Shown in pieces: positions 23,633 through 38,645 of a DNA stretch of 40,186 bases. This stretch comes from Eledone cirrhosa (lineage: Eukaryota). Location of the stretch: assembly GCA_964016885.1 (NCBI GenBank), contig CAXHJY010000043.1, positions 1 to 40,186 on the forward strand, given 5' to 3'. Positions within the stretch are counted from its first letter, which is position 1. Each line of letters opens with the position of its first letter. The notes beneath the pieces were generated by a model. The model did no database searches. It was not told the origin of the DNA and saw only the letters and a list, made by a program, of their open reading frames with translations. The position numbers and the translations under genes are program-made.

Positions 23633-23716
23633 AATATACTCCAAATATTTGTCGAGTGCTTTTATATCAGTTATAAATATTTACTAGTTGTAACCCAACA
23701 ATTTTAAATATAACTT

Positions 23717-23775
<59 letters not shown>

Positions 23776-24140
23776 AAATATATGTACATCGTATATATGC
23801 ACTTGACAAAGCCCTGGACGTATAAAGTTAATATATATATATATATGTATACACAATGATCCTGAGCATTTTCCACTCACAAAACATGAGTCAACCCGAG
23901 GCTGAAGTATAAGACATTTTCTCAAGATGACGTACACTGGAACCATGTATTTGCGAACGGATCTACCCCACACAGACATGTTAATGATTCATTCCATACA
24001 ATCACACTTACATTAACTACTTCATTCAACACACTTCCTTAAAATATAAAAAACAAACTTTCATAACAACGACAATAAAAAAGTAACAATAGAAGACTCA
24101 CTCACACACACACAAACGGATATATATATATATATATATA

Positions 24141-24731
24141 CTAGTTAAAGTACCCGTCCTTTGGACGGTTCAAGTAGCTTTCGATGTAGCTCATTAAACT
24201 AACCAAAGCAAATTTGAATACATAGAAGAAAAAACGTACTTTATGTAAACATGAAAACCTTAGGCACTATTCCAGCGAAATAATTAATATGTGAGCTCGG
24301 TGTCATCCGTTATCCCATGTAACAACAGAAATCCAGTCTAGGTATAAATGTTTTTGACAACAGTAAAACCTTTTGTTTCAAGTACAAAGAGTAAATAAAA
24401 TCCGAATGAGCCGAATTGTAATAATCAAAATCCCAAAACAAAATTTTTGACAACATCAAAAATGAGTTCCTATTGTATTGGCGAAAGATAAATCTTGTCT
24501 TACTTAATCACGAAAATTGACACAAATAACCGAAATTTTTTAATGTTTCCGAAGGCCCCAATATCGATTTTTGAAAGCCTTTGTATATCATATACAGGTT
24601 TTGTGCAAGGAGAAGCTCTGTAAAGAATTTCAAAAAAATCGCATGAATGGTTTAGTATAAATGAGCCCTCATTAAAAATTGTCCACACACACACACACAC
24701 ACAGAAAACTTTAGCTTTATATATATACGGA
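24141..24731 (-). mobile_element. Non-autonomous Helitron, 591 bp
   Basis: Minus strand starts a|TC at 24731, has a subterminal (GT)n, ends hairpin CCGTCCaaaGGACGG then CTAG|t. Confidence 0.75.
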
Positions 24732-25004
24732 TATGCTACTTCCTTCACATATACAATTAAAAAGATTACGATAATGACATTTCTCAAGTGACTTATACTT
24801 TTTATTATCGCCTTCGTGACAGTGTTTCCGTGTATGTGTGTGGGTGCCAGACTGCTCGTCTTCAACATACAAAAAAAGGTAGAAAGAGACAAAAAAATAT
24901 TCAAACCTACCACAATCACCAGACCTACTGCCGTCAACACCACAACAGTCGCCGCATACACCAGCAACATCCCAAATAAAGTCTAACCCATACCCGCAAG
25001 AACA

Positions 25005-25700
25005 ACTCTTTTTGGGAAGACTTTCGGTCCTGGGCCCATGGATAATTTTCAGAAATCCTTGGCCGGCCTGGCAGTGCAACTGAGGAACTTTGCTAGTTCG
25101 AGATAAACTCTATAGACATGGAAGTGCCGTCAGCCAGGTCTGTCCGAGATGCGGGCAAAGCGATGAAACCATCCTGCACGCAATTTCGAGGGCCTGAGCA
25201 TTGCTGACTTGTGGGTTCATGTCAAACACCTACTCTCGCGTGTAGGACGAATCCGGCTGCCAGCCGAGTCCATTTTGAAGATTGTCCCGCCGTCTTCCTG
25301 TAGCCAGGAATGGTAGGATGTCTTTATCTGTCTTGTAAATGGGCCCGCTCTCAGTGTGAGCCTGTAGATAAGTGGAGAACAACTGGGACAGGGTACTAGA
25401 AATCAGGGCTCCTGGTGGTCTTATGGGGATTTCTTTCCACGAGTGACCCTTCAACGTCTCCTTCCTACTGAAGAATCCCCTTTGTTTTGATTTTTTATTA
25501 TCTTTCTTTTTTTAACATTGTTAAAATCTGCTTACATGCAAAACGCACACACCAACACACACACACACACACACACATACACACATACACACACATACTC
25601 TCTCTCTCTTTCTCTATGTTTTCGTCCTGTGCCGTCATAATGTTTCTCTTGATGTAAGCCCTTTGTGGTTAATAAAGAAATCATTATTATCATCATTATT
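25005..25700 (+). mobile_element. Tx1/L1-clade LINE 3' fragment (zf-RVT) with probable 3' UTR
   Basis: VRDKLYRHGSAVSQVCPRCGQSDETILHA…LWVHV; AATAAA at 25671 and (ATT/CAT)n tail; extent beyond 25320 is uncertain. Confidence 0.65.
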
Positions 25701-25709
25701 ATTGAACAG

Positions 25710-26002
25710 CACATGCACGGCTCATGATTTTGATACGCACTGTATGCCGGAAATAAAAGCGTTGTATGCATCAGCCATCTACTGTGGTTTCATCCTGGAC
25801 AAGCAGAGTGTTTTCTCCGAATGTAACACAGCCTACTCCAGCCTGGCCCAACAGTTCTTCGATTCCTGCATGTACGACGTGTGTGCCTATAAATCGGACA
25901 ACAAGACCGTTACAAAGAGTTTGTGTGGCAACATCGAGGCATTTGCTCAGCTGTGTCTGGAATATGGTTATACGGTTGACTGGAGGGACAAGGATTTCTG
26001 TC
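25710..26002 (+). CDS. C8 domain exon (TCTAHDF...FFDSCMYDVC...DWRDKDFC)
   Basis: C8 pattern FxxC...CxYDxC...C...AxxC...WR...C; cag acceptor, C|gtacgt donor; phase 2-1. Confidence 0.95.
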
Positions 26003-26456
26003 GTACGTAGAAACTAAAGTTAATTGACCCTTATCAAACCAATATGAAACCAAACCCTTATCAAACCAAACACTTTTCATACCAAACCAAACACTTAACA
26101 TACCAAACCAATATCAAACCGAACCCTTATTATACCAAGTCCTTATACCAAATTTCCCGAAACTGTCTCTTGTTCTATGATACATCTTAATTCCACTTGC
26201 AACCCACACTCTCTCACCAGTATTTTAATTTTCAAGCGATTCCTCCACCTACTAGATATTTCAAATGACCCGCACTCACCTGAATTATTCTAAGTGGCAT
26301 TACCACACTAAATTTTTAAGTGACATTCCCTCACTTTATTTCAAGTGTCTTTCGCCAAGAAATCTTAAGTGTCTCCCACTCTGAATGTTTTAAGTAAGCC
26401 CAACTTTGTGAAGGCTTGCTATAAATAATCCCATATGATTTCTTGTTTTAATCCAG

Positions 26457-26659
26457 CTATGAACTGTCCGGCTGGACAACATTACAGCCTGGAAGTTTCT
26501 GGCTGTCCTTCAACTTGCTTGGAACCAGATGCACCTGATAATTGCACGCTTCCGGAGAGGGAAGGTTGCCAGTGTGAACCAGGAAAACTGTTGAGTGGCG
26601 AAGAATGTGTCCGTATCTCAGACTGTGGATGCTTCCAAACAAATGGCGAGTATATTCCA
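26457..26659 (+). CDS. TIL domain exon plus start of TILa (CPAGQHYS...CPSTC...EGCQC...DCGCFQTNGEYIP)
   Basis: TIL cysteine spacing; ccag acceptor, CCA|gtaggt donor; phase 1-0. Confidence 0.95.
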
Positions 26660-26827
26660 GTAGGTATTCTTTTTGTTGATCTCATTTTTGTGCGTCGAAT
26701 TGCTCATGCACACACACAAACATGTATATATTTACACACACACACACACGCACATATATATATATACATATATATAGAGAGAGATATATGTTTGTGTATA
26801 TATAGACAGTATGTGTGTGTGTATGTT

Positions 26828-26888
<61 letters not shown>

Positions 26889-27056
26889 GTATGTATGTAT
26901 ATGAAAGCCTATACGATATATGTAGAAAATTAAACTGAAATACAATCAACCTCTGGGATCGAACCTGGGACATAATTATTGCAAAGTGAACTTCTTAACC
27001 ACTCATTCATGCTGTGTAAAAAACAGGATAAAAACAACAACAAAACAATTCAATTG

Positions 27057-28088
27057 CCGTTTCTACTCGAATATAAGTCGATGAATATGTAACCAAAAAA
27101 TGGTAAAATGGTTTATATTCGGGGTCAATATTTTGACTATTTTCCTCATCTTTAAATTCTCCGTAAATACGGTCTTAACATATCTGGAGTAATTATTTCC
27201 CAATGAAACAATTTTTCTACAGGAGTTTTATTTATGCATTGCCTTGAGAACATTTCCACAAAGTTTCATTATTTGAACTTTTTAATACATAAATATCCCC
27301 TACACTTATACACATACACGAACACACACACATTTGCGCCGACTGTTCCTTAAACTTAAATATATTTCCATTTCTTTATATTATATTAATTTAGAATTTT
27401 CTCATACCTTTTTATTTTCTAATTATAAAGAAATTAAATTTTCTAAAACTCTGGGAGAGGCTGTCTTATTTTAACTTGGGGATTTTGTCCGTACCTCGCA
27501 GTGATTATCTTGAACAGGTAATAGGTTTTTATCTGAGTTGAAAACTCGGAACAATTAATTTGTTTTCTCGTCGCATCCCACCAAAAGATATAAAAGCATT
27601 TAATGGTTGAGAAGTTAAAAACATGCAGTGGATATATTGTTTGCTTCAAATAAAAATAATTGATATTTTCTCTACTAATGAGAAATTCAAAACTGCACCA
27701 TAATGTGTTGATTAGCTGCCTCAGCTTTTAAACGGAGTTCTACCAATTTCTCAGACATAACTTCTTCTTCAGCTGAGTTTACACTCGCAAATTTCATATT
27801 TGTTTCGGTTGCTGAATACAATCAGGGGTCGCTACTTCTCCTGAAGGTCAATAGTTCTCTTCTAACTCGAGCGGGGGCGCCTTTCCATTGTCAATTTGCA
27901 TTGATCATCTGCAAAGCCGCATTGTTTTCAAAACCACTACACCTGTCTTTTGATGCGTGCAGCTGGAACTATTGCCACCCATTGATTTGGAAGGATTTTT
28001 TTAATTTATTTAGATGGCCGTTGACTCTTTTGAGTTGTTCCGCCCTTTGTCTCAGACATAATATAAGGCTTAATTCGAATATATACGC
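27057..28088 (-). mobile_element. Old pogo/Tc2-like DNA transposon remnant
   Basis: Degenerate TIRs CCGTTTCTACTCGAATATAAG / CTTAATTCGAATATATACG; minus frame TKGG…RPS…WVAIV…F*KQCGF resembles a pogo C-terminus. Confidence 0.5.
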
Positions 28089-28488
28089 TACTTTACTTTT
28101 ATTGTAGTAATTATGTGAAGATGCATGGCTTAGTGGTGTAGGTGTTTGGCTCACGTTTATAAAATCGTGAGTTTGATATCCAGCAGTGCAATTTCTCCTT
28201 GAGCATGACACTTTATTTTACATTGCCATAGTCCACTCAGCTGGGAAAATGGATTGTACCGTCAACTCAAAGGACCAGTCTTGCTACACATTGTGTCATG
28301 CTGAATCACATTGAAAACTAGCTTAAGGGTGCATGTGTCTGGAGTGCTCGGCCATTTGCACGTTAATTCCACGAACGAACTGTTCTGTTGATCGAATCAA
28401 CTGGAACACTCGTCGGTTCAGTCCAATACAAACATTTTTTACTTCTTTATTTTTTCTTTCTATCTCTCTTTCATCTACCATTTTATAG

Positions 28489-28690
28489 CTGGGCAAATCA
28501 CTGACAATAAAAAACTGCAGTTCAATTCTCCATTGCAAGAAGAAAAACGATCACCCGGAAACGGAAGTCTACACACAGAAGTGTGCGGAACATGCGGAGT
28601 GTGTGATGCTTGACGGTGAACTCGTGTGTCAGTGTTTACCTAGCTACAGAGGCAACGGCTCGGAACAATGCATACTTAAACCTAAACTCA
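28489..28690 (+). CDS. TILa-like/EGF-like exon (LGKSLTIKNC...CAEHAECVMLDGELVCQCLPSYRGNGSEQC...)
   Basis: Long pyrimidine tract plus tag, A|gtaagt donor; phase 0-1; CxCxxxYxGNG. Confidence 0.92.
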
Positions 28691-28970
28691 GTAAGTCACA
28701 AACGTTTGTTTTCCCACCTGCTGGATTATCTATTCTTTTATTATTTCATTCTTGCACATCGGTTGGACGTTGGACAACTTTGTGACATATAGTTACGTCC
28801 CTTTACGTTCTGATTTCAAATCCAGTCGAGATTACCTTTCATCCTGACAGGGTTGATAAAATAAAGTACGAATTACACACTGGGATCGATTTAATCAATT
28901 TTCCCCTCCCCCAAATTGTTGACCTTGTGCCTAAATCAGAAACCCATATCCTTTGTAATACTTTTTTCAG

Positions 28971-29120
28971 CTAAATATACCAAGTCCAACCCGAAACCTT
29001 CGGAGGAATCCAATTCCGAACCTATTTGTTTGAATTGTCACCCTTATGCAATCTGTGTGCACGCCAAATGTGCATGTACAGCAGGATACATCGGAGACGG
29101 CATACACAATTGTACCAAGG
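28971..29120 (+). CDS. Linker plus EGF-like exon (…CLNCHPYAICVHAKCACTAGYIGDGIHNCTK)
   Basis: ttttttcag acceptor, G|gtaaga donor; 150 nt phase 1-1. Confidence 0.93.
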
Positions 29121-29184
29121 GTAAGATCAGTTATCATCTTTCTGTTAGTTCAGAGCAGGAGTCTCCAGCCTTTTGTCAACCCCA

Positions 29185-29610
<426 letters not shown>

Positions 29611-29924
29611 TATATACACATATATATATACACATATATATATACACATATATATATATATATATACACACATATATATACATATATATATACACATATA
29701 TATATACACATATGTATATACATATATATATGTATATATGCATATATATATGTATATATGCATATATGTATATATGCATATATATATATATATGTATATA
29801 TATATATGTGTGTATATATATATGTATATATGTGTATATATATATGTATATATGTGTATATATATATGTATATATGTGTATATATATATGTATATATGTG
29901 TATATATATATATATATATATGTA

Positions 29925-29967
<43 letters not shown>

Positions 29968-30248
29968 GCATATATATATATATATATTCATATGCATATA
30001 TATATATATATATTTATATATGCATATATATATATGTATATATATTCATATGCATATATATATATATACATTTATATATGTACATGCATATATATAAATA
30101 TATATTTATATATGCATATATATATATGTATATATATTCATATGCATATATATATATATATTTATATATGTACATACATATATATATATATACATACATA
30201 TATAAACATATATATATATAAACATATATATATATATATATATATATA

Positions 30249-31195
30249 CAGGGTGTGGACGATATTTGTTCGCAATTTTCAACTGCTAATTTTATGCAAA
30301 TTTTTCTGCTTCCGTTGTCCATCTTGTCTTCATAAAAACAGTGACTATATTTCCATTATTTATTTTCAGAATAATTGATTATGAATAATTTGGAACCTCC
30401 AAATTTGTGGAAGAGACACGGGGTTCTTCTTGGAATCCACGCCGGGAGGACAAATAAGGAAATTTCAGACTTTCTCAGCGTCAGCAGGAGAATGGTGGAA
30501 AAGGTCAGAAAGAAATTGGAAGATTCAGGATTCGACTACGAAGCAACATCAGAGAGGAAAACACATGATCGACGATCTGACGCCTTCAGAACGCCCGAGT
30601 TCGTCGCTGAAGTTCAGGATATCATCAACAATGAACCTAGCAAGTCGATGCGTGCCATTGCAAGGGAGAAAGGCGTGGATGAAAAGCTCATTAGGTTGGT
30701 GGTACATGAAGACATTGGCCACGTTCCATACAAGATGAGGAAAGGACAATTTCTGTCAAAAGCGATGCAAGAAAAGCGACCGAAGCACGCAAAGAAGCTG
30801 ATCAACAAGTTGAGACACCCACTGGCGCCAGACATGCTGTGGTTTTTCTCCGACGAGAAAAACTTCTGCTAAGACCAGAAGATCAACTCCCATAACAACA
30901 GGTGGCTCGCTGTCTCATCCAAAGACGTGCCCAGAGTCATGCAGACAAAGTTTCTAGCGACAACATTGGTCTTAGGTGTCGTCAGCAGTCAAGGTGACGT
31001 CATGCCACCTCACTTATTCCACGAGGGCCTCATGCTGAACACCGATGGCTACATCCACGTTCTGGGCGAGGTAGTAAAGCCCTGTATTGACCAGGTAGGT
31101 GCAGGTAGGCCGTACGTGTAGCAGCAAGACTCAGCACTCTGCCATACCAGCCGAAAGACCCAAGCCTGGCTGTCAGAGAACTTTGTCGACCACAC
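30249..31195 (+). mobile_element. Tc1/mariner element (maT/DD37D-like) with transposase pseudogene, 3'-truncated
   Basis: TA|CAGGGTG terminus; ORF from 30381 with HTH region, FSDEKNF and QQDSA.CH motifs; in-frame stops at 30870 and 31119; ends in (TA)n before the third Asp, so subfamily is inferred. Confidence 0.9.
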
Positions 31196-31460
31196 TTATA
31201 TATTTATATATATATATTTATATATATACATTTATATATATATATTTATTTATATATATATATTTATATATATATATTTATATATATATATTTATATATA
31301 TACATATATATATATATTTATTTATATATATATATTTATATATATATATACATTTATATATATATATATTTATATATATACATTTATATATATATATTTA
31401 TATATATACATACATATACATCTATATATATATTTATTTATATATATACATACATATACA

Positions 31461-31509
<49 letters not shown>

Positions 31510-31538
31510 ATTTATATATATATACATATATATATATT

Positions 31539-31617
<79 letters not shown>

Positions 31618-31636
31618 ATTTATATATATATATATT

Positions 31637-31697
<61 letters not shown>

Positions 31698-31828
31698 ATA
31701 CATATATATATATTTATATATATACATATATATATATATTTATATATATACATATATATATATATTTATATATATACATATTTATATATATATATATTTA
31801 TATATATACATATTTATATATATATATT

Positions 31829-31868
<40 letters not shown>

Positions 31869-32069
31869 TATTTATATATATATACATACATATATATATT
31901 TATTTATATATATATACATATATATATATATTTATTTATATATATATACATACATATATATATTTATTTATATATATATACATATATATATATATTTATT
32001 TATATATATATACATATATATATATTTATTTATATATACATATATATATATATTTATTTATATATATAT

Positions 32070-32532
32070 GAAACTTTACTCACTCCAACGTCGCCGTGAG
32101 CGTTATATTATCTGCATGATGTGGAAAATGTTCCATCATCACTGCCCAAATGATGTTGGCATCGCCTTCAAGATACACCCAAGGCTTGGGCCCCGTGCTA
32201 TCCGTCCCATTCAAAAATCTAAATCGCAACTCATAACAACAATACGGCACAATTATTTCACCTCAATCGGCCCTGCTCTCTTCAACATCACACCAGGACA
32301 CGTCAAAACAGAAACTGACCACACAAAATTCAAGAAGTCTTTGGACAAATTCCTCCAAGTAATCCCGGACAAACCACCCACACCCGGATATGTCTCCGCA
32401 AACAGTAATTCTCTTCTCGAATGGGCCATGGTGCCCAAATCCTGAATTGAAAGACTTCGCCAGGTGGTGCTATTAAGTTAGACATGGCCTGGGCCAATAC
32501 TGGCCAAAACATTTCAAAGTTATTCAAAGTTA
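32070..32532 (+). mobile_element. CR1-group LINE 3' end
   Basis: [13 protein letters not shown]…WK…GPALFN…FKKSLDKFL…PDKP, stop at 32445, ttcaaagtta repeated tail. Confidence 0.85.
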
Positions 32533-33024
32533 TATATACATATATATATATATTTATTTATATATATATATATATACATACATATATACAGTATATATAT
32601 ATTTATTTATATATATATACATACATATACATATATATATATTTATTTATATACATACATATACATATATTTATTTATATACAGTATATACATACATATA
32701 AATATATATATATATATTTATTTATATATATACATACATATACATATATATATGGTATTAGGATTAGTGCTCTGAAATAACGATGTATACATGAACGTAT
32801 GTATAGTAAATTTGGCAATATACCGTATGTTTAATTAAAAACATTTTGAAGACTATACGTATATATGTATATATATATTTATATGTATGTATATATATAA
32901 ATATATATGTATGTATATATATAAATATATATGTATATATATGTATATGTATGTAAGTATATATATAAATATAAATATATATATATGTATATAAATAAAT
33001 ATATATATATGTATATATATAAAT

Positions 33025-33738
33025 AAATATATATATATATGTTTATATATAAATAAATATATATATATATATGTTTATATATAAATAAATATATATATAT
33101 GAATGTATGTATAGTAAATTTGGCAATATACCGTATGTTTAATTAAAAACATTTTGAAGACTATACGCTATCGGTTTTAAAGTAGTGACTATGTCACTTA
33201 CTTCTTTTCGGCAAAAGAAGGGAGAGAAGCTCACAGTCTGTTTCACACTGTTTGGCGATCATCAGAGCCACGCACACCTACTTCTGCCGAAAACTATAGA
33301 AGCTGGATTCTTATGGAATTGCCAAATATACTATACATACATTCATATATACATCGCTATTTCAGAGCACCAATCCTAATATCTAATTTTTGCTGGACCG
33401 GCAATCGCTCTGTATAATCAGCTCCTGATTATTACTGGAAATTTATAAGAATCCAGCTTCTATAATTTTCAGCAGAAGTAGGGGTGCATGGCTCTGATGA
33501 TCGCCAAACAGCGTGAAACAGACTGTGAGCTTCTCTCCCTTCTTTTGCCGAAAAGAAGTAAGTGACATAGTCACTACTTTAAAACCGATAGCGTATAGTC
33601 TTCAAAATGTTTTTAATTAAACATACGGTATATTGCCAAATTTACTATACATACATTCATATATATATATTTATTTATATATAAACATATATATATATAT
33701 ATTTATTTATATATAAACATATATATATATATATATTT
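33025..33738. repeat. Inverted repeat (~290-bp arms) of a ~314-bp HHR-bearing monomer
   Basis: Arms ~33025-33314 and 33445-33738; ttgccaaat..tactatacatacattcat recurs at 33319 and 33633. Confidence 0.9.
33490..33531 (+). ncRNA. Hammerhead-like motif with non-permissive GUG triplet (mirror copy 33228-33269 on minus strand)
   Basis: GGCU-CUGAUGA-U CGC caaaca GCG U-GAAA-CAG A CU GUG-AGCU; G at position 17 violates the NUH rule. Confidence 0.65.
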
Positions 33739-33952
33739 AGTTGATCGTATTAACCCGGGTACTTGTTTGTTTTTGGTTTTTGTTGTTTTTTTTGTTGTTG
33801 TTTTTATCAAGTCTGATACTTCTTTATCGATCTCCTTTTGTTAAACTGCTAAGTTACGAGACATAAACACACGTACACACGGATGAAAGGCAACGTTGGA
33901 TTCGCATTCACAGAGCAGAGAACAAGAACGAATATACTGCAAACCATTCTAT
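33735..33952 (+). repeat. 218-bp direct duplicate of 34782-34999
   Basis: Offset 1047 bp; only one substitution seen (aagtctgat/aagtttgat). Confidence 0.9.
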
Positions 33953-34054
33953 ACATATATATATATTTATTTATATACATACATACATATATATATATTT
34001 ATATTTATATATATACTTACATACATATACATAAATATTTATATATATACATAC

Positions 34055-34114
<60 letters not shown>

Positions 34115-34119
<5 letters not shown>

Positions 34120-34168
34120 GGAAAACGAAGAATCAGTGATGCATCACTGATCCTTCGTTTTCCATATT
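34115..34168. repeat. 54-bp palindrome abutting (TA)n
   Basis: aatatggaaaacgaagaatcagtgatg|catcactgatccttcgttttccatatt, one mismatch. Confidence 0.9.
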
Positions 34169-34241
34169 ATAATACTCTGCTCCAAAGGAGCATAGAGTGC
34201 TCAACTGGCATACCGCCTATGGACGCATCCAAGCAACCTTA

Positions 34242-34324
<83 letters not shown>

Positions 34325-34332
34325 CACAGTGA

Positions 34333-34535
34333 AGGCGTGTGGCTAAGTGGTTAGAGAATTGGATTCACAATCTTGAGGTTGTGAGTTCGATTCCTGGACC
34401 GGGCGATGCGTTATGTCCTTGAGCAAGATAGTTTATTTCACGTTGTTCCTTCTACCTGGAGTTGCGACCGATAGCAACTGGAAAGACTAACGGAAACATT
34501 GTTTCCTCAGTCCGATTTGACGAAAGTCGATCGAT
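34333..34535 (+). mobile_element. tRNA-derived CORE-like SINE; close copy 22615-22811, relatives 28113-28420, 1258-1980, 19040-19320
   Basis: A box TGGCTAAGTGG, B box GAGTTCGATTCC, core tgtccttgagcaaga.actttat.tcacgttg. Confidence 0.85.
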
Positions 34536-34579
34536 CCTTATTATATATATATATATTGATAATTCTCGTGATTTTCCAG

Positions 34580-34693
34580 AGAAATGTGGGGAACTGACAT
34601 GTCACCCTAATGCTCGCTGCCAACTGATGAAAGAGGTACCTATGTGTACCTGTAATGAAGGATACACCGGTGACGGAGTAACTATATGTGATG
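34580..34693 (+). CDS. EGF-like exon (EKCGELTCHPNARCQLMKEVPMCTCNEGYTGDGVTICD)
   Basis: ttttccag acceptor, G|gtaagt donor; 114 nt phase 1-1; six Cys. Confidence 0.95.
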
Positions 34694-35106
34694 GTAAGTC
34701 AGTGTATGTCGTTCTATTTATTGCTTGAATGCTTTACTTGTTTGAATCAATTGACTTCGGCCATGCTGGTGCACATCATCGATTTAGTTGATCGTATTAA
34801 CCCGGGTACTTGTTTGTTTTTGGTTTTTGTTGTTTTTTTTGTTGTTGTTTTTATCAAGTTTGATACTTCTTTATCGATCTCCTTTTGTTAAACTGCTAAG
34901 TTACGAGACATAAACACACGTACACACGGATGAAAGGCAACGTTGGATTCGCATTCACAGAGCAGAGAACAAGAACGAATATACTGCAAACCATTCTATC
35001 CGACGTTTTAACGACTCCGTCAATTCCTTATATTTTCATTTCCTTATACCAAAGCCCTTTTTTCGATGTGAATGATTTCTAATAGTTGAACTTGTGATCG
35101 TTACAG

Positions 35107-35357
35107 AGGGCCAGTGTACCTGTTATGCTTCTGGAGACCCTCATTATCGGACTTACGACTCCAGCAGATTATATTTAGTCGCCGACTGTAAATATGTCAT
35201 GTCCAGAACCACTGAGAATGTGCAATTTCCGTTTAGTGTGGAAGTGAAGAACGAACATCGCAAAGCGTCGAAACATCCGAAGCGAGCCTTCACTAGACTG
35301 GTTGACGTAAAAATAGACGGCCATGTCTATCGACTCCATCTTAGCAAACATTTGACT
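35107..35357 (+). CDS. VWD domain 2, N-terminal exon (CTCYASGDPHYRTYD...)
   Basis: GDPHYxTYD; ttacag acceptor (in-frame alternative start 35086), ACT|gtgcgt donor; phase 1-0. Confidence 0.93.
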
Positions 35358-35539
35358 GTGCGTAGCAAATCTTCTTCTTCTTATTCTTCTTCTTCTTCTT
35401 CTTCTTCTTCTGGGTAGATAAAATAAAGTACCAGTAATGCACTCGGGTGAATTTAATCGAATTTTCCCCTCCCCCAAAATTGTTGGCCTTGTGCCTAAAT
35501 CAGAAATCATTATTACAATGATAATATTCTTTTCTTTAG

Positions 35540-35865
35540 GTTGATGGCCAGAAGGTGGCAACACCTTATAAAAGCAACGACGGCAAGGTGAAGATAAGAA
35601 CAGACGACCACTACATAAAGTTAAAGTTTACCGGTGGTCTGATCGTCAGATTTGATGGTGTACATAAAGTGGTGATAAGCTTGGAGAAACAATACGCTAA
35701 AAAGGTGGAAGGGATATGTGGAAACTGTGATTCAATGTCAGCCAATGATATCACCTTTCACGGTAAATCCATCACCGATGTGGCTGATAATGGCGAGAGA
35801 TATGAACAATTTGCAAGTCAATATCTCATCGCTGATGATTCCGATAAACCAGCGGAAGATAAAAT
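35540..35865 (+). CDS. VWD domain 2, C-terminal exon (VDGQKV...EGICGNCD...AEDK); gene continues beyond the window
   Basis: tttctttag acceptor, AT|gtaaga donor; phase 0-2 like VWD1; no further exon recognised before the window end. Confidence 0.93.
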
Positions 35866-35981
35866 GTAAGATATCAACCCTTTGGCATGTTTTTTATTTA
35901 TTTGTTACTCATTATTCTTTTTTAAATCTTTTCTATTATCTTCTGATTATGCATGTAAGTATATATGTATTTCTAGCCACT

Positions 35982-36255
<274 letters not shown>

Positions 36256-36664
36256 TAAAAATATATAAATATACAACATACATATATATATAATTAATAA
36301 ATATACAACATATATATATATATATAATATAAATATAAAATATATATATATATGCAACATACATATATATATATAAATATAATATATATATATATATATA
36401 CAACATACATATATAATATATATATATAATATAAATATAATATATATATATATATACAACATACATATATATATAATTGTTTCTACATTTGGCACAAGGC
36501 CAGCAATTACCAGTGTATTACTGGTACTTTATTTTATCGGCCCCATAAGGATGAAAGGCAAAGTTAACATCGGCGGGATTTGAACTCAGAATGGAAAGGG
36601 CCGTAACTCTTTGCGTCAACGCATGGCGTCCGACCCTCTACCGATACTGCCAATCCACATATAT

Positions 36665-38644
<1,980 letters not shown>

Positions 38645-38645
<1 letters not shown>

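Noticed and set aside
30381-31195. Active or domesticated transposase
   Set aside because: Two in-frame stops, truncated catalytic domain, no right TIR seen.
34337-34405. tRNA gene (also 22615-22670, 9775-9860)
   Set aside because: A/B boxes run into SINE core sequence with no cloverleaf acceptor stem; these are SINE heads.
35864-35869. Gene end at ATG TAA as in the ORF track
   Set aside because: AT|gtaaga is a strong donor in the same phase and position as the VWD1 intron, so the stop is most likely intronic.
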